A DNA stretch of 64,000 nucleotides from Syntrophomonadaceae bacterium (GCA_007132095.1 SLPH01000015.1:221-64220), one strand, 5' to 3'. Shown: positions 18,842-28,315, counted from the first letter of the stretch. Translations and numbers: made by a program. The notes: generated from the sequence alone by a model not told the origin.

Positions 18842-19669
18842 ATGAACACTGCGCTGCCCGGGCCGGTTTTGATCAAAGGCGCCGGCGACCTGGCCTCAGG
18901 GGTCGCACACCGTCTTTACCGGGCCGGCTTTGATATAATTATGCTTGAGCTGCCCCAGCCCCTGGTTGTCAGGCGGACGGCATCCTTTGCCGAAGCGGTA
19001 TTCAGGGGCGAAACCGTCCTGGAAGAGGTGAAGGCAAGGTTTTGCCCGACAGCGGAGAGCGCTGACCGAATTCTGCAGCGAAAAGAGATCCCTGTTATTG
19101 TTGACCCGGCGGGGCAGTCACGATTGCGCTTTAATCCGCCGGTCCTTATAGACGCTATTATGGCGAAGCGGAATACAGGCACTGCTCTTAGCGATGCTCC
19201 CCTTGTTATAGGTCTTGGGCCCGGTTTCTCAGCGGGAAGCGATGTTCACGTTGTTGTTGAAACAATGCGGGGCCACAACCTGGGCCGGGTCATTTATGAA
19301 GGAGAGGCTGAAGCTAATACTGACCTACCCGGCGAAGTTGGCGGAAAAGATCTGGAAAGGCTGCTGAGATCTCCCGGGGAAGGCAGATTTGAGCCGCTCT
19401 GTTCAATCGGCGATCTTGTGGAAAAGGGGCAGTTAGTGGCAAAAGTGGGCGCCGGTGAAATCATTGCCGCAACGGGGGGATTGATCAGGGGTCTTCTCTA
19501 TCCCGGGATCCTGGTAAAGCCCGGCATGAAAGTGGGCGATATTGACCCTCGCGGCAGTTCTGTTGACTGGAGAACCATATCCGATAAAGCAAGATCGATT
19601 GGCGGCGGCGTATTAGAGGCTGTAATGCACCATTTCTTTTTCCGGGAGATTGACAGGGAGGGGTCATAA
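18842..19669 (+). CDS. Selenium-dependent molybdenum hydroxylase system protein, YqeB family (short form)
   Basis: 275 aa with an N-terminal Rossmann-like IKGAGDLASGVAHRLYRAGF. The size and N-terminal motif fit the YqeB family as I recall it. Context: flanked by carbamate kinase and YqeC. Confidence 0.55.
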   Translation: MNTALPGPVLIKGAGDLASGVAHRLYRAGFDIIMLELPQPLVVRRTASFAEAVFRGETVLEEVKARFCPTAESADRILQRKEIPVIVDPAGQSRLRFNPPVLIDAIMAKRNTGTALSDAPLVIGLGPGFSAGSDVHVVVETMRGHNLGRVIYEGEAEANTDLPGEVGGKDLERLLRSPGEGRFEPLCSIGDLVEKGQLVAKVGAGEIIAATGGLIRGLLYPGILVKPGMKVGDIDPRGSSVDWRTISDKARSIGGGVLEAVMHHFFFREIDREGS

Positions 19670-21048
19670 TGAGAACCATGTCCCTGGCAGCCTGTCTAGA
19701 CCTGAAGAGAAACAGGGTCGTTTCCTTTTACGGCGCCGGGGGGAAAACCACCCTTATGCACCGCCTCGCTTCTGAACTGGCGGCGCTTGGTAAAAGAGTG
19801 CTGGTTACGACAACAACCAGGATCTACCCCCATCCGGCCCACAGGATAGTTTTCGCAAATAATGCAGGGCAGGTACGGGACATGCTGCAGGCGGGGCTTG
19901 CCAAAGAGCGCATCTGTATTGCCGCTGCCGGCATAGATGAAGGTAAGCTTATCGGTTTTGAGCCTCGCCTGATTGACGAACTGAAAGAACTGGACGACTT
20001 TTTTATTCTCGTCGAAGCAGATGGTTCGAAAGGTAAATCGCTCAAAGGTTTTGCCTTTCACGAACCGGTTATTCCGGCTTCATCCGATTTGATTGTTCCG
20101 CTGGCAGGGCTTGACGCCCTGGGCGGAACCCATGATCACGAAACAGTCCACCGCCTCCCGGAGCTGCTGGCCCTCACCGGGGCCAAAGAGGGAGAGATGA
20201 TCGGGGAAAGGCATATTGCCTCATATTTTAACCACGCTGTACGTCTGGGTTCCGCCCAGGCGCCTGGAGCGGCAATTATTCCGGCTTTAAACAAGAGCGA
20301 TCTTCTAACTAACCCGGCTTTTGCAACCTGGACCATTTCCTCCTTACTGACAGATGTAAAAATGATTAAATCGGTGATCGCTGTCCGGGTGGCAGGGGAA
20401 ATGCCGGTAAAAGCAATCTTTCCTTTTATAGGCGCGGGACCGGAAATTAAAATAACCGCGGTTATACTCGCCGCAGGAAGGGCCGCCAGGATGGGTAGAG
20501 ATAAACTCTCTCTTCAATTCGGAGAAAAAACAATCCTCGAACAGACCCTGGATAATGTAAGGTCAGGCGGAATAGAAGATATTGTTATAGTGATTCAGCC
20601 GGGCAGCCACTGGCCGGCAAAAATCAATTATGCCGGGGTCAGGTTTACCGAAAACCCGGATTATCATACCGGGCAGGCCAGTTCGGTCAAAGCCGCATTA
20701 AATGCGCTTGATCCGTATACACAGGCGGCCATGTTCGTTCTGGCTGACCAGCCGATGGTCGAGCCGGACATATACCGGCAGCTCGCAGGCAGCTACCGGG
20801 GCGCTCTCAAGCCCGTTACCTGCCCGGTTTTTAACGGCGCCAGGGGCAACCCGGCCATATTCGACCGTATTCTGTGGCCGGAACTGGCTCTGCTGAGCGG
20901 TGACACCGGGGGAAGGGCCATTATAAGCGAGCTTCCGGGCGCAATGATCGATCCTGTGCCGGTACGGTCTCCTTCGGTGCTTCAAGACATAGACACCGGC
21001 GAAGACTATAAACAACACCTTTCCGGCAGCAATAACCGGAAAACATAA
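19669..21048 (+). CDS. Fusion: YqeC-type P-loop accessory protein (N-term) + MocA/MobA-like molybdenum cofactor cytidylyl/nucleotidyl-transferase (C-term)
   Basis: N-terminal P-loop SFYGAGGKTTLMHRLA and a TTTTRIYP segment are YqeC-like. The C-terminal half carries ITAVILAAGRAARMGRDKL, the MobA/MocA glycine-rich NTP-transferase motif. The start overlaps the YqeB stop. Confidence 0.6.
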   Translation: MRTMSLAACLDLKRNRVVSFYGAGGKTTLMHRLASELAALGKRVLVTTTTRIYPHPAHRIVFANNAGQVRDMLQAGLAKERICIAAAGIDEGKLIGFEPRLIDELKELDDFFILVEADGSKGKSLKGFAFHEPVIPASSDLIVPLAGLDALGGTHDHETVHRLPELLALTGAKEGEMIGERHIASYFNHAVRLGSAQAPGAAIIPALNKSDLLTNPAFATWTISSLLTDVKMIKSVIAVRVAGEMPVKAIFPFIGAGPEIKITAVILAAGRAARMGRDKLSLQFGEKTILEQTLDNVRSGGIEDIVIVIQPGSHWPAKINYAGVRFTENPDYHTGQASSVKAALNALDPYTQAAMFVLADQPMVEPDIYRQLAGSYRGALKPVTCPVFNGARGNPAIFDRILWPELALLSGDTGGRAIISELPGAMIDPVPVRSPSVLQDIDTGEDYKQHLSGSNNRKT

Positions 21049-21186
21049 TTTTGTTTTAACCAAGTAGAGCAAATTCTGCCTTTGCCATTTTGCAATTCTA
21101 CACTGCATTATCTAGAACAGGATACTTTGTTCAGCCTGCCCGCTATAATGCGGATTGCATAAGCCGTTATCATCTTAATTATAAGG

Positions 21187-21750
21187 ATGGTCGGGAGTTT
21201 GTTTAAAAGCCTGGCTCGATTTTGGGCAACAGATCTGCGTTACCGGTGGAGTAAGATCCGGCACCGCGGTTCGCTGCTCAGTACTAACGTCCGGGAGGAT
21301 CTCTACCCGGAAACCGTTCCTGCCCTTAAAGAGACAGCAGTGGAGCTTCATAAAAACTTCGTTTACGTGCGTGACGGTTTTTTAAGGCTTTACGACAGCA
21401 TCGATACTCCGGCCAACTGCTGGAACCGCGCCTTTAATCCCGGCCCGCTGAAAGACGATTGCGACGGGTTCCATTCAGCGCTCTACTGGGCATCAGGGAA
21501 GCACTTTGAGTGTTATCTCGTAACAATTGTCTCGACCGATCTAGTAAATAGCCACACCTCTCTCTGGCTGCCCGGTGTGGGGATTATCGATTATACCCGC
21601 CTCTATGAAGGCAGCAACCTTGATCAACTGGTCGCAAAACTCCAAAAACGCCGCAAAATCCCGGGCATAATCCTGATCGAACTTTCAGATTGGAACGGAG
21701 TGAAATGGTCCAGTCATAAAACTTATCCCGGTTGGTGTAATATTAACTGA
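21187..21750 (+). CDS. Hypothetical protein, possibly a transglutaminase-like Cys-His-Asp fold
   Basis: 187 aa. DDCDGFHSALYW resembles the TGase-like C-x-x-[FY]-x-[SA] motif, with a later His (NSHTSLW) and Asp (IIDY). Assignment is tentative. Confidence 0.4.
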   Translation: MVGSLFKSLARFWATDLRYRWSKIRHRGSLLSTNVREDLYPETVPALKETAVELHKNFVYVRDGFLRLYDSIDTPANCWNRAFNPGPLKDDCDGFHSALYWASGKHFECYLVTIVSTDLVNSHTSLWLPGVGIIDYTRLYEGSNLDQLVAKLQKRRKIPGIILIELSDWNGVKWSSHKTYPGWCNIN

Positions 21751-21860
21751 GCATCTAGCCTTATTATATGAGCCTTGTGACCATATGGTATAATATAAGA
21801 ACAAGACTGAGTTTCATCAAGCCTTGAATAGTTATTTTTGCGAAAGAGAGGAGAAGAGCT

Positions 21861-22040
21861 ATGGTTAAAGATTACTCATGGCCCGATATATCTGATACTG
21901 CTTCAATCGCAAAAATTATTACCGTGGTGGCAATAACGGCAATTGCATACTTTGTTGTATCAAGCGGAGAGGGCCCGCCGATTACTTACGAGGTTGACCT
22001 CCCCGTGTTGTTTTTTCCGGGCTCCTGGTCGCTTCCATGA
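21861..22040 (+). CDS. Small hypothetical membrane protein (59 aa)
   Basis: ATG 8 nt after GAGAGGAGAAGAG. One hydrophobic helix (IAKIITVVAITAIAYFVV). Below the 60-aa cutoff of the ORF track. Confidence 0.3.
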   Translation: MVKDYSWPDISDTASIAKIITVVAITAIAYFVVSSGEGPPITYEVDLPVLFFPGSWSLP

Positions 22041-22179
22041 TCTTTATTCCCCGGTAAAAATCTAAATTTAAGTATTTGGCAAAATAAATCCTATCGGTAA
22101 ATTTACAGTTACAGAAGGCATAGTAAAAATCAAAAAAGGTTTCGAAGACTTTATTGTCCCCGAAACCTCTTTGTCTTTC

Positions 22180-22255
22180 TGGTGAGCCATCTAGGATTCG
22201 AACCTAGGACACCCTGATTAAAAGTCAGGTGCTCTACCAACTGAGCTAATGGCCC
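22180..22255 (-). tRNA. tRNA-Lys (anticodon TTT)
   Basis: The reverse complement folds as a cloverleaf: GGGCCAT acceptor, CTTTTAA anticodon loop, GGTTCGAATCC T-arm, encoded CCA. Confidence 0.9.
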
Positions 22256-22256
22256 A

Positions 22257-22345
22257 TGGTGGTGGAGAGGACTGGATTCGAACCAGTGAAGGCGCTGCCA
22301 GCAGATTTACAGTCTGCCCCCTTTGGCCAACTTGGGTACCTCTCC
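22257..22345 (-). tRNA. tRNA-Tyr (anticodon GTA)
   Basis: Reverse complement: GGAGAGG acceptor, CTGTAAA anticodon loop, long variable arm, GGTTCGAATCC T-arm, CCA. Confidence 0.85.
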
Positions 22346-22356
22346 ATGTCTATCTG

Positions 22357-22431
22357 TGGAGCCGACGAAGGGACTCGAACCCCCAACCTGCTGATTACAA
22401 ATCAGCTGCTCTTCCGTTGAGCTACGTCGGC
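22357..22431 (-). tRNA. tRNA-Thr (anticodon TGT)
   Basis: Reverse complement: GCCGACG acceptor, TTTGTAA anticodon loop, GGTTCGAGTCC T-arm, CCA. Confidence 0.9.
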
Positions 22432-22563
22432 CAATCGTTGCCTCTTAGAGCATAATTAGTATAGCTCATTTTAAAATCGGCGTCAACACCAACCGGAAGG
22501 ATTTTTCCTTAATTTCAGCGAAGTGTTATCCGGACAGATCCTATTTGAAAGAGAGGCTGCAAA

Positions 22564-23358
22564 ATGTCAGGACTGAAAGTGGCAATAATCGGGGGCACTG
22601 GTGTCTATAATCAATCGCTCTTAGAGGACGAAAAAGAGATTACTGTTGATACAAGATTCGGCAGGGTGACAATGAAAGAGGGCCGTTATTTTGACCGGAC
22701 GGTCTATTTCCTGCCCCGCCACGGCGGAGGGCATTCTGTTCCGCCACATATGGTAAACTACCGGGCCAACATCACAGCTTTAAGAAAAATAGGGGTGGAT
22801 GCCGTTATTTCCACTGCTGCCGTTGGTACCCTGCGCAGCGATATGCCTCCTGGCGGCAGGATCCTGATCGATCAATTTATCGACTTTACCAGGAACAGGC
22901 ACCTTACCTTTTTTGACGGCAGCGACGGATTGGTTGTCCATACAGATTTTAGCGAGCCATACTGTCCTGAAGTGCGCAGCGCCGCGCTGCGGGCAGCGGC
23001 CGGGTTGGACCAGAAGCTGGTCGACGGGGGCTGCTATGCCTGTTGTGAAGGACCGCGTTTTGAAACACCGGCAGAAATTAAGATGCTTAAAACCCTGGGC
23101 GCAGATCTGGTTGGGATGACTAACGTGCCCGAAGTTACCCTGGCTCGCGAGGCCGGGCTCTGCTATGCTACGATCTGCCTGGCCACTAACTACGCCGCCG
23201 GCATATCGGAAACGGCGTTAACCCACGAAGAAGTCCTTGAGGAAATGGAGCGGGGCAAGCCTGAATTAGACCGGCTCCTGGCCGCGGTGGCGAAAGAAAT
23301 CCTACCCGGGCAAAGCTGCAGCTGCAGCGAAGCGGGTAAATATTTTAAGGCGGATTAA
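22564..23358 (+). CDS. mtnP: S-methyl-5'-thioadenosine (or methylthioinosine) phosphorylase, MTAP/PNP family
   Basis: VAIIGGTGVY, FLPRHGGGHSVPPHMVNYRANI, C-terminal Cys pair. Typical MTAP. Confidence 0.8.
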   Translation: MSGLKVAIIGGTGVYNQSLLEDEKEITVDTRFGRVTMKEGRYFDRTVYFLPRHGGGHSVPPHMVNYRANITALRKIGVDAVISTAAVGTLRSDMPPGGRILIDQFIDFTRNRHLTFFDGSDGLVVHTDFSEPYCPEVRSAALRAAAGLDQKLVDGGCYACCEGPRFETPAEIKMLKTLGADLVGMTNVPEVTLAREAGLCYATICLATNYAAGISETALTHEEVLEEMERGKPELDRLLAAVAKEILPGQSCSCSEAGKYFKAD

Positions 23359-23362
23359 AACA

Positions 23363-24424
23363 ATGAGCGGTAAAGGTACACCGGAAACTTTATATTTTAA
23401 AGATAATATGTTACACCTTCTCGATCAGAGGTTGCTGCCCAATAAGCTCTCTTACCGTGTTTGTAAGAGCCCTGAAGAGGTCGCGGCCGCTGTCAGGGAG
23501 ATGTCAGTTCGCGGGGCGCCTGCTATTGGTGTCAGCGCAGCTTATGGTTACCTGCTTGCAGTGATTGAGGCGAAGGAAAAAGGTTTTACGGGAACAGACT
23601 TTTTCAGCCACATTGAAACCGCATTTAACACCCTGGCCGGCGCCAGGCCGACTGCCGTTAACCTGGTCTGGGCCTTGCAAAGAATGCAGGAAAAGCTGGA
23701 GCATTACCGCGATTGTTCCGCCCAAATGATTTGCCTTGAAATGAATAAGGAGGCCGACAGTATTTTTGCCGAAGATTACCGGAACAACATGCTGATCGGA
23801 AAACATGGATCCGCCCTGGTAGAAGGTAAATCGTCCTTTTTAACCCATTGCAATGCCGGAGCCCTGGCTACAGCCGGCTACGGCACCGCACTTGGTGTGA
23901 TCAGGGCTTCTCATGAAGAGGGCAAAGTGTTGAAGGTTTATGCCGATGAAACAAGACCTTTGCTTCAGGGTGCCCGCCTGACTGCTTTTGAGCTGATGGA
24001 GGAAGGAGTACCGGTAGCCCTGATTACCGACAGCTGTGCCGGGTCGCTGATGCAGCAGGGTAAGATTGACCTGGTGGTAGTCGGGGCCGATCGCATCGCC
24101 GCAAATGGTGATACAGCCAACAAGATCGGCACATACAGCCTGGCTGTTCTGGCTTCTTATCACTGGATCCCCTTTTACGTGGCAGCGCCATTGTCTACCA
24201 TTGATCTTTCGCTGGTTACGGGACAGGATATCAATATAGAAAACAGGGCTGCGGAAGAAATAACCTCTATCGGCCGGGAAAAAGTCGCTCCAGATGGCGT
24301 AGAGGCTCTAAACCCGGCCTTCGATGTCACCCCGGCCGGGCTGATTAGGGCTATCATTACCGAAAAGGGAGTTGTCCATGAACCGGATCGTGATAAAATT
24401 GAAGCTTTATTTCATAACTGGTAG
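23363..24424 (+). CDS. mtnA: Methylthioribose-1-phosphate isomerase (eIF-2B-related)
   Basis: GAPAIGVSAAYGYLLA and the 353-aa length fit MtnA. It sits directly after mtnP. Confidence 0.8.
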   Translation: MSGKGTPETLYFKDNMLHLLDQRLLPNKLSYRVCKSPEEVAAAVREMSVRGAPAIGVSAAYGYLLAVIEAKEKGFTGTDFFSHIETAFNTLAGARPTAVNLVWALQRMQEKLEHYRDCSAQMICLEMNKEADSIFAEDYRNNMLIGKHGSALVEGKSSFLTHCNAGALATAGYGTALGVIRASHEEGKVLKVYADETRPLLQGARLTAFELMEEGVPVALITDSCAGSLMQQGKIDLVVVGADRIAANGDTANKIGTYSLAVLASYHWIPFYVAAPLSTIDLSLVTGQDINIENRAAEEITSIGREKVAPDGVEALNPAFDVTPAGLIRAIITEKGVVHEPDRDKIEALFHNW

Positions 24425-24471
24425 TTTAAAGCAAATGGTTCAGGTTCAAAATAGAAGCGGAGGTTAGAGCG

Positions 24472-25779
24472 TTGTCTAAACTACTACTGCAGAATGCCCT
24501 GATCATACCACTTGATGATGACAGCGAAGATTATTACAGGGGCGATATTTTAATCCGGGGCGGCGTTATTGAAAGAATTATTCCCAGGCCGCTCGCGGGC
24601 GGGGCAGAAGATGTTAAAAATATTATCGATTGCACCAACATGGCCGTAATGCCCGGTTTTGTAAATACCCACGGCCATGCATCAATGAGCCTGATGCGCG
24701 GTTATGCCGACGATATGCCGCTGCAGAGCTGGCTTGAGGATAAAATATGGCCGCTTGAAGAATACCTGCAGAGCGATGATATCTACTGGGGGGCGCAGCT
24801 TAGTATCGCGGAAATGATTAAGGGCGGGACAACTACCTTTACGGACATGTATTTTGAGATGGACCGCGTTGCCGAGGCTGCTGCCGAAAGCGGAATCAGG
24901 GCGGTCCTGGCCCGCGGCCTGATCGGCCTCGACAGCGGAGGAGAAGAAGCTTTAAAAGACACTGCCCGTTTCATTGACGATTGGCACGGTGAAGCGGGGG
25001 GACGGATCAATATTTCACTGGGGCCGCATGCTCCTTACACCTGCCCGCCCGAATTTCTGAAAAAAGTAATTGCCCTGGCTGAAAAAAGCGGCCGCCTGGT
25101 ACAGATTCACCTTTCCGAAACGGCATTCGAAGTTCAGGAATGTCTGAAGCAATACGGGGTAAGGCCGCCGCAGCTGTTAAATGAGGCCGGGTTATTAGAG
25201 CTTCCCGTCATTGCCGCGCACTGTGTCCATCTTGATCCGGATGATATCAGCATCCTGGCCGAAAAGCGGGTCGGTGTGGCCCACAACCCGGGCAGTAATT
25301 TAAAACTGGGCAGCGGGGTTGCTCCTCTCTGTTCAATGCTTGAAGCTGGTATCAAGGTTGGACTGGGAACGGATGGGCCGGCAAGCAATAATAACCTGGA
25401 TATGGTCGAAGAGATGCGGCTGGCTTCATTACTGGCGAAAGGAATAGCGCAGGATCCAACCCTGGTTCCGGCAAAGAAGGCTCTTCAGCTGGCTACCCGA
25501 GGTGGGGCTGAGGCGCTTGGACTGACGGGTATCGGTCAGCTGCGGGAAGGCTACAGGGCTGACCTGATCGGTTTTAAGCTGGATGTGCCGCATCTTATAC
25601 CCCTGCATGATCCCCTGGCCCATTTAGCTTATGCCGCTTCTGCAGCCGATGTAGACCTGGTTATTGTCGACGGTGCCATCCTGCTTGAAAAGGGGAAGCT
25701 GGTTAGGGTTGATGAAGATAAAATAAGAGCTGAAGCGACCAGGTGCGCCTTCACGTTAATTGAAAGGAGCAAAAAATAA
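24472..25779 (+). CDS. mtaD: 5-methylthioadenosine / S-adenosylhomocysteine deaminase (amidohydrolase)
   Basis: VNTHGHASMSLMRGYADDMPLQSWL holds the metal-binding HxH, and HLSE and the rest of the amidohydrolase layout follow. 435 aa. Confidence 0.75.
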   Translation: MSKLLLQNALIIPLDDDSEDYYRGDILIRGGVIERIIPRPLAGGAEDVKNIIDCTNMAVMPGFVNTHGHASMSLMRGYADDMPLQSWLEDKIWPLEEYLQSDDIYWGAQLSIAEMIKGGTTTFTDMYFEMDRVAEAAAESGIRAVLARGLIGLDSGGEEALKDTARFIDDWHGEAGGRINISLGPHAPYTCPPEFLKKVIALAEKSGRLVQIHLSETAFEVQECLKQYGVRPPQLLNEAGLLELPVIAAHCVHLDPDDISILAEKRVGVAHNPGSNLKLGSGVAPLCSMLEAGIKVGLGTDGPASNNNLDMVEEMRLASLLAKGIAQDPTLVPAKKALQLATRGGAEALGLTGIGQLREGYRADLIGFKLDVPHLIPLHDPLAHLAYAASAADVDLVIVDGAILLEKGKLVRVDEDKIRAEATRCAFTLIERSKK

Positions 25780-26590
25780 ACTGAAAGAAAAAGAGCCAAT
25801 TCATATCCTGCTCACAAATGATGACGGTATCCATGCCGAAGGGATTCGAGTTTTAAGCCAAATCCTTCACGAGGAACATCAGGGGATTAAGCTCTCTATT
25901 GTTGCTCCCGACAGGGAACGAAGCGCAATCGGCCATGCCATTACTATGCACCGTCCCCTGAGAGTCGAGGAGGTTAGCCTGCTGCATAATTCAGGGCTAC
26001 GGGGCAGCGCCGTTAACGGGACGCCTTCCGATTGCGTTAAACTGGCGGTGGAAGCGCTGCTTGACGATCGCCCCGACCTGATCATCTCCGGCATAAACAG
26101 GGGCAGCAACCTTGGAACTGATATCCTTTATTCCGGAACCGTTTCAGCTGCGGTGGAAGGGGTTATGCACGGCATACCGTCCATGGCCGTATCCCTGACT
26201 GAAGGCGGAAAAAGCGATGACTTTGCCTATGCAGCTCGCTTTGTCGGCAAACTGGTCAGGCGCTTTTTCGCTAATGGTCTGCCCGAGGCTACCTTGCTGA
26301 ATATCAATGTCCCGCCAGGAGGGGCGAAAGTCAAGGGAGCCAGGGCAACAACCCTGGGAATCAGGCGCTATCGAAATGCTTTTGACTGCCGTGTAGATCC
26401 GCGGGGAATGCAGTATTACTGGCTGGCCGGAGATGTAGTAGAAGACGATCCTGAGGAAGAAAGCAGCGATACCAGGGCCGTTAGGGAGGGTTTTATTTCT
26501 CTGACGCCGATTTATTTCCAGCTGACCAATCATGAAGCGCTGCCGGCGCTGAAGAAGATCCTTGATTGGCCGGGTTTATTACCGCAGTAA
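25760..26590 (+). CDS. surE: 5'/3'-nucleotidase SurE
   Basis: HILLTNDDGIHAEG is the N-terminal SurE signature. The start codon is uncertain: the track start is a TTG overlapping the mtaD 3' end, with no good SD. Confidence 0.75.
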   Translation: MKGAKNKLKEKEPIHILLTNDDGIHAEGIRVLSQILHEEHQGIKLSIVAPDRERSAIGHAITMHRPLRVEEVSLLHNSGLRGSAVNGTPSDCVKLAVEALLDDRPDLIISGINRGSNLGTDILYSGTVSAAVEGVMHGIPSMAVSLTEGGKSDDFAYAARFVGKLVRRFFANGLPEATLLNINVPPGGAKVKGARATTLGIRRYRNAFDCRVDPRGMQYYWLAGDVVEDDPEEESSDTRAVREGFISLTPIYFQLTNHEALPALKKILDWPGLLPQ

Positions 26591-26617
26591 TTTTTGTTTG
26601 CAAGCGAGGTGATCCTT

Positions 26618-28048
26618 ATGCCGGAACTTGAACCCTTGAGCAATAACTGCTACCGTATCGCCCGACAGGGCAATATGAATGCCCATGTCCACGTTTACCT
26701 GAGCAGAGTGCTTTATGAAGAGTTGAGCGAAGAAAAATCCCTGGAACAGCTCATCGATGCTGCCTCTCTTCCCGGGGTAGTCAGTCCTGTTGTCGGAATG
26801 CCTGATATTCATACCGGCTTCGGTCTTCCCATCGGAGGCGTTATGGCTATGGATGCAGAGGAGGGACTGGTCTCGGCCGGAGCAGTGGGGATGGATATAA
26901 ATTGCGGAGTCCGCTTACTGAAGACCAACCTTGACAGCAGGGATTTCGACAAGCCCCTGCTGCGCCGGATTATTAAAGCTATTACCGCAAGGGTTCCCAG
27001 CGGGATTGGACACAAAAGCATCCATCACAAAGAGGTTAAAGCTAATTTCGGTAGTTTAATCGAGAAAGGAGTTCCGCATTTAATCCAAATGGGTTATGGG
27101 CGCCAGGAAGATTTAGATGCTATCGAGGACCGGGGGGTTATGGCCGATGCAGATCAAAGGGCTGTCAGTAAGGCCGCTACCGACCGGGGTCTTCAGCTTT
27201 CCACCATAGGCGGGGGAAACCACTTCATTGAACTGGGGCGGGTAGAGGAGATTTTCGATGTCGATTATGCCGCTTCCCTCGGGCTGAACGAAAAAACGGT
27301 TACCGTCTTAATTCATACCGGCAGCCGCGGTTTTGGCCATCAAATCTGCACCGATTTTATGGCTGAAATGAAAGGCATGGCTGGTAAATATGGTATTAAA
27401 CTGCCTTCAGCCGGGCTTGCTGCCGTACCGATCAAGTCGCCGGAAGGAAAGCGTTACCTGAGGGCAATGGCCTGCGCCGTTAACTTTGCTTATTGCAACC
27501 GCCAGTGGGTTACCGACGACGTGCGCAAAGCTTTTGTTTCAGCGCTTGGTGGTAAGGAAAACGATTATGACTTAGGGCTTGTATATGATGTAGCCCATAA
27601 TACAGCCCGTTTTGAAAAAATAGGCGGCCGTAAATTATTAATTCATCGTAAGGGTGCTGTCAGGGCCCTGCCGCCCCGTCATCCTGATACCCCCGCTAAG
27701 TTCAGGGAAATGGGACATCCTGTTCTGATACCGGGCAGCATGGGTTCGTCTTCCTATATAATTGTTGCAGAGCCGGAGGTAGAAAATGTATTTAACTCCG
27801 TCAACCACGGGGCCGGGAGGGTTTTATCAAGGACCGCTGCCAAAAAAACTGTTTCCGTTGAACAGCTGAAAAATCGCCTTGGCGAGGTCATGGTTTCAGG
27901 CCGCAACTACAAGGCCTACCTGGATGAAGCTCCCCAGGCTTACAAGAATATCGACGCTGTTATTGAAACATTTACCGAAATCGGATTCTGCAGAAAAATT
28001 GCCCGGCTCACACCCCTGGCCGTAATCAAGGGAGAGGGCGGAGATTAA
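26618..28048 (+). CDS. rtcB: RNA-splicing ligase RtcB
   Basis: GGGNHFIELG, NHGAGR and the metal-binding His/Cys pattern are present. I chose the ATG 7 nt after GAGGTGA over the upstream in-frame ATG at 26594. Confidence 0.85.
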   Translation: MPELEPLSNNCYRIARQGNMNAHVHVYLSRVLYEELSEEKSLEQLIDAASLPGVVSPVVGMPDIHTGFGLPIGGVMAMDAEEGLVSAGAVGMDINCGVRLLKTNLDSRDFDKPLLRRIIKAITARVPSGIGHKSIHHKEVKANFGSLIEKGVPHLIQMGYGRQEDLDAIEDRGVMADADQRAVSKAATDRGLQLSTIGGGNHFIELGRVEEIFDVDYAASLGLNEKTVTVLIHTGSRGFGHQICTDFMAEMKGMAGKYGIKLPSAGLAAVPIKSPEGKRYLRAMACAVNFAYCNRQWVTDDVRKAFVSALGGKENDYDLGLVYDVAHNTARFEKIGGRKLLIHRKGAVRALPPRHPDTPAKFREMGHPVLIPGSMGSSSYIIVAEPEVENVFNSVNHGAGRVLSRTAAKKTVSVEQLKNRLGEVMVSGRNYKAYLDEAPQAYKNIDAVIETFTEIGFCRKIARLTPLAVIKGEGGD

Positions 28049-28103
28049 GCCGTCGCAGGAATTGACAGGCGCTCAAAAATAGACTAAAATAATATCTGCG
28101 CAA

Positions 28104-28179
28104 AGGGGAGTAGCTCAACTGGCAGAGCAGCGGTCTCCAAAACCGCAGGCTGCGGGTTCAAGTCCTGTCTCCCCTGCCA
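28104..28179 (+). tRNA. tRNA-Trp (anticodon CCA)
   Basis: AGGGGAG acceptor, CTCCAAA anticodon loop, GGTTCAAGTCC T-arm, encoded CCA. Confidence 0.9.
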
Positions 28180-28190
28180 GAATAATGAAG

Positions 28191-28221
28191 GGTGCTGCCT
28201 TAGTAAGGCAGCGCCCTTTTT
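28191..28221 (+). terminator. Rho-independent terminator after tRNA-Trp
   Basis: 9-bp stem ggtgctgcc / ggcagcgcc with one G-U pair, 7-nt loop, then CTTTTT. Confidence 0.7.
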
Positions 28222-28315
28222 ACCGCCCGGATGCCTCTGATAATTGAAACAATTTAGCTTGTAACTGCAAAATAGCCCGGCACTTAGCCTGGCTTATTTA
28301 CCGAAAGGATGGCCA

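Noticed and set aside
22249-22455. 68-aa plus-strand ORF in the ORF track
   Set aside because: It lies entirely over the tRNA-Tyr and tRNA-Thr genes on the opposite strand, so it is an artefact of tRNA sequence.
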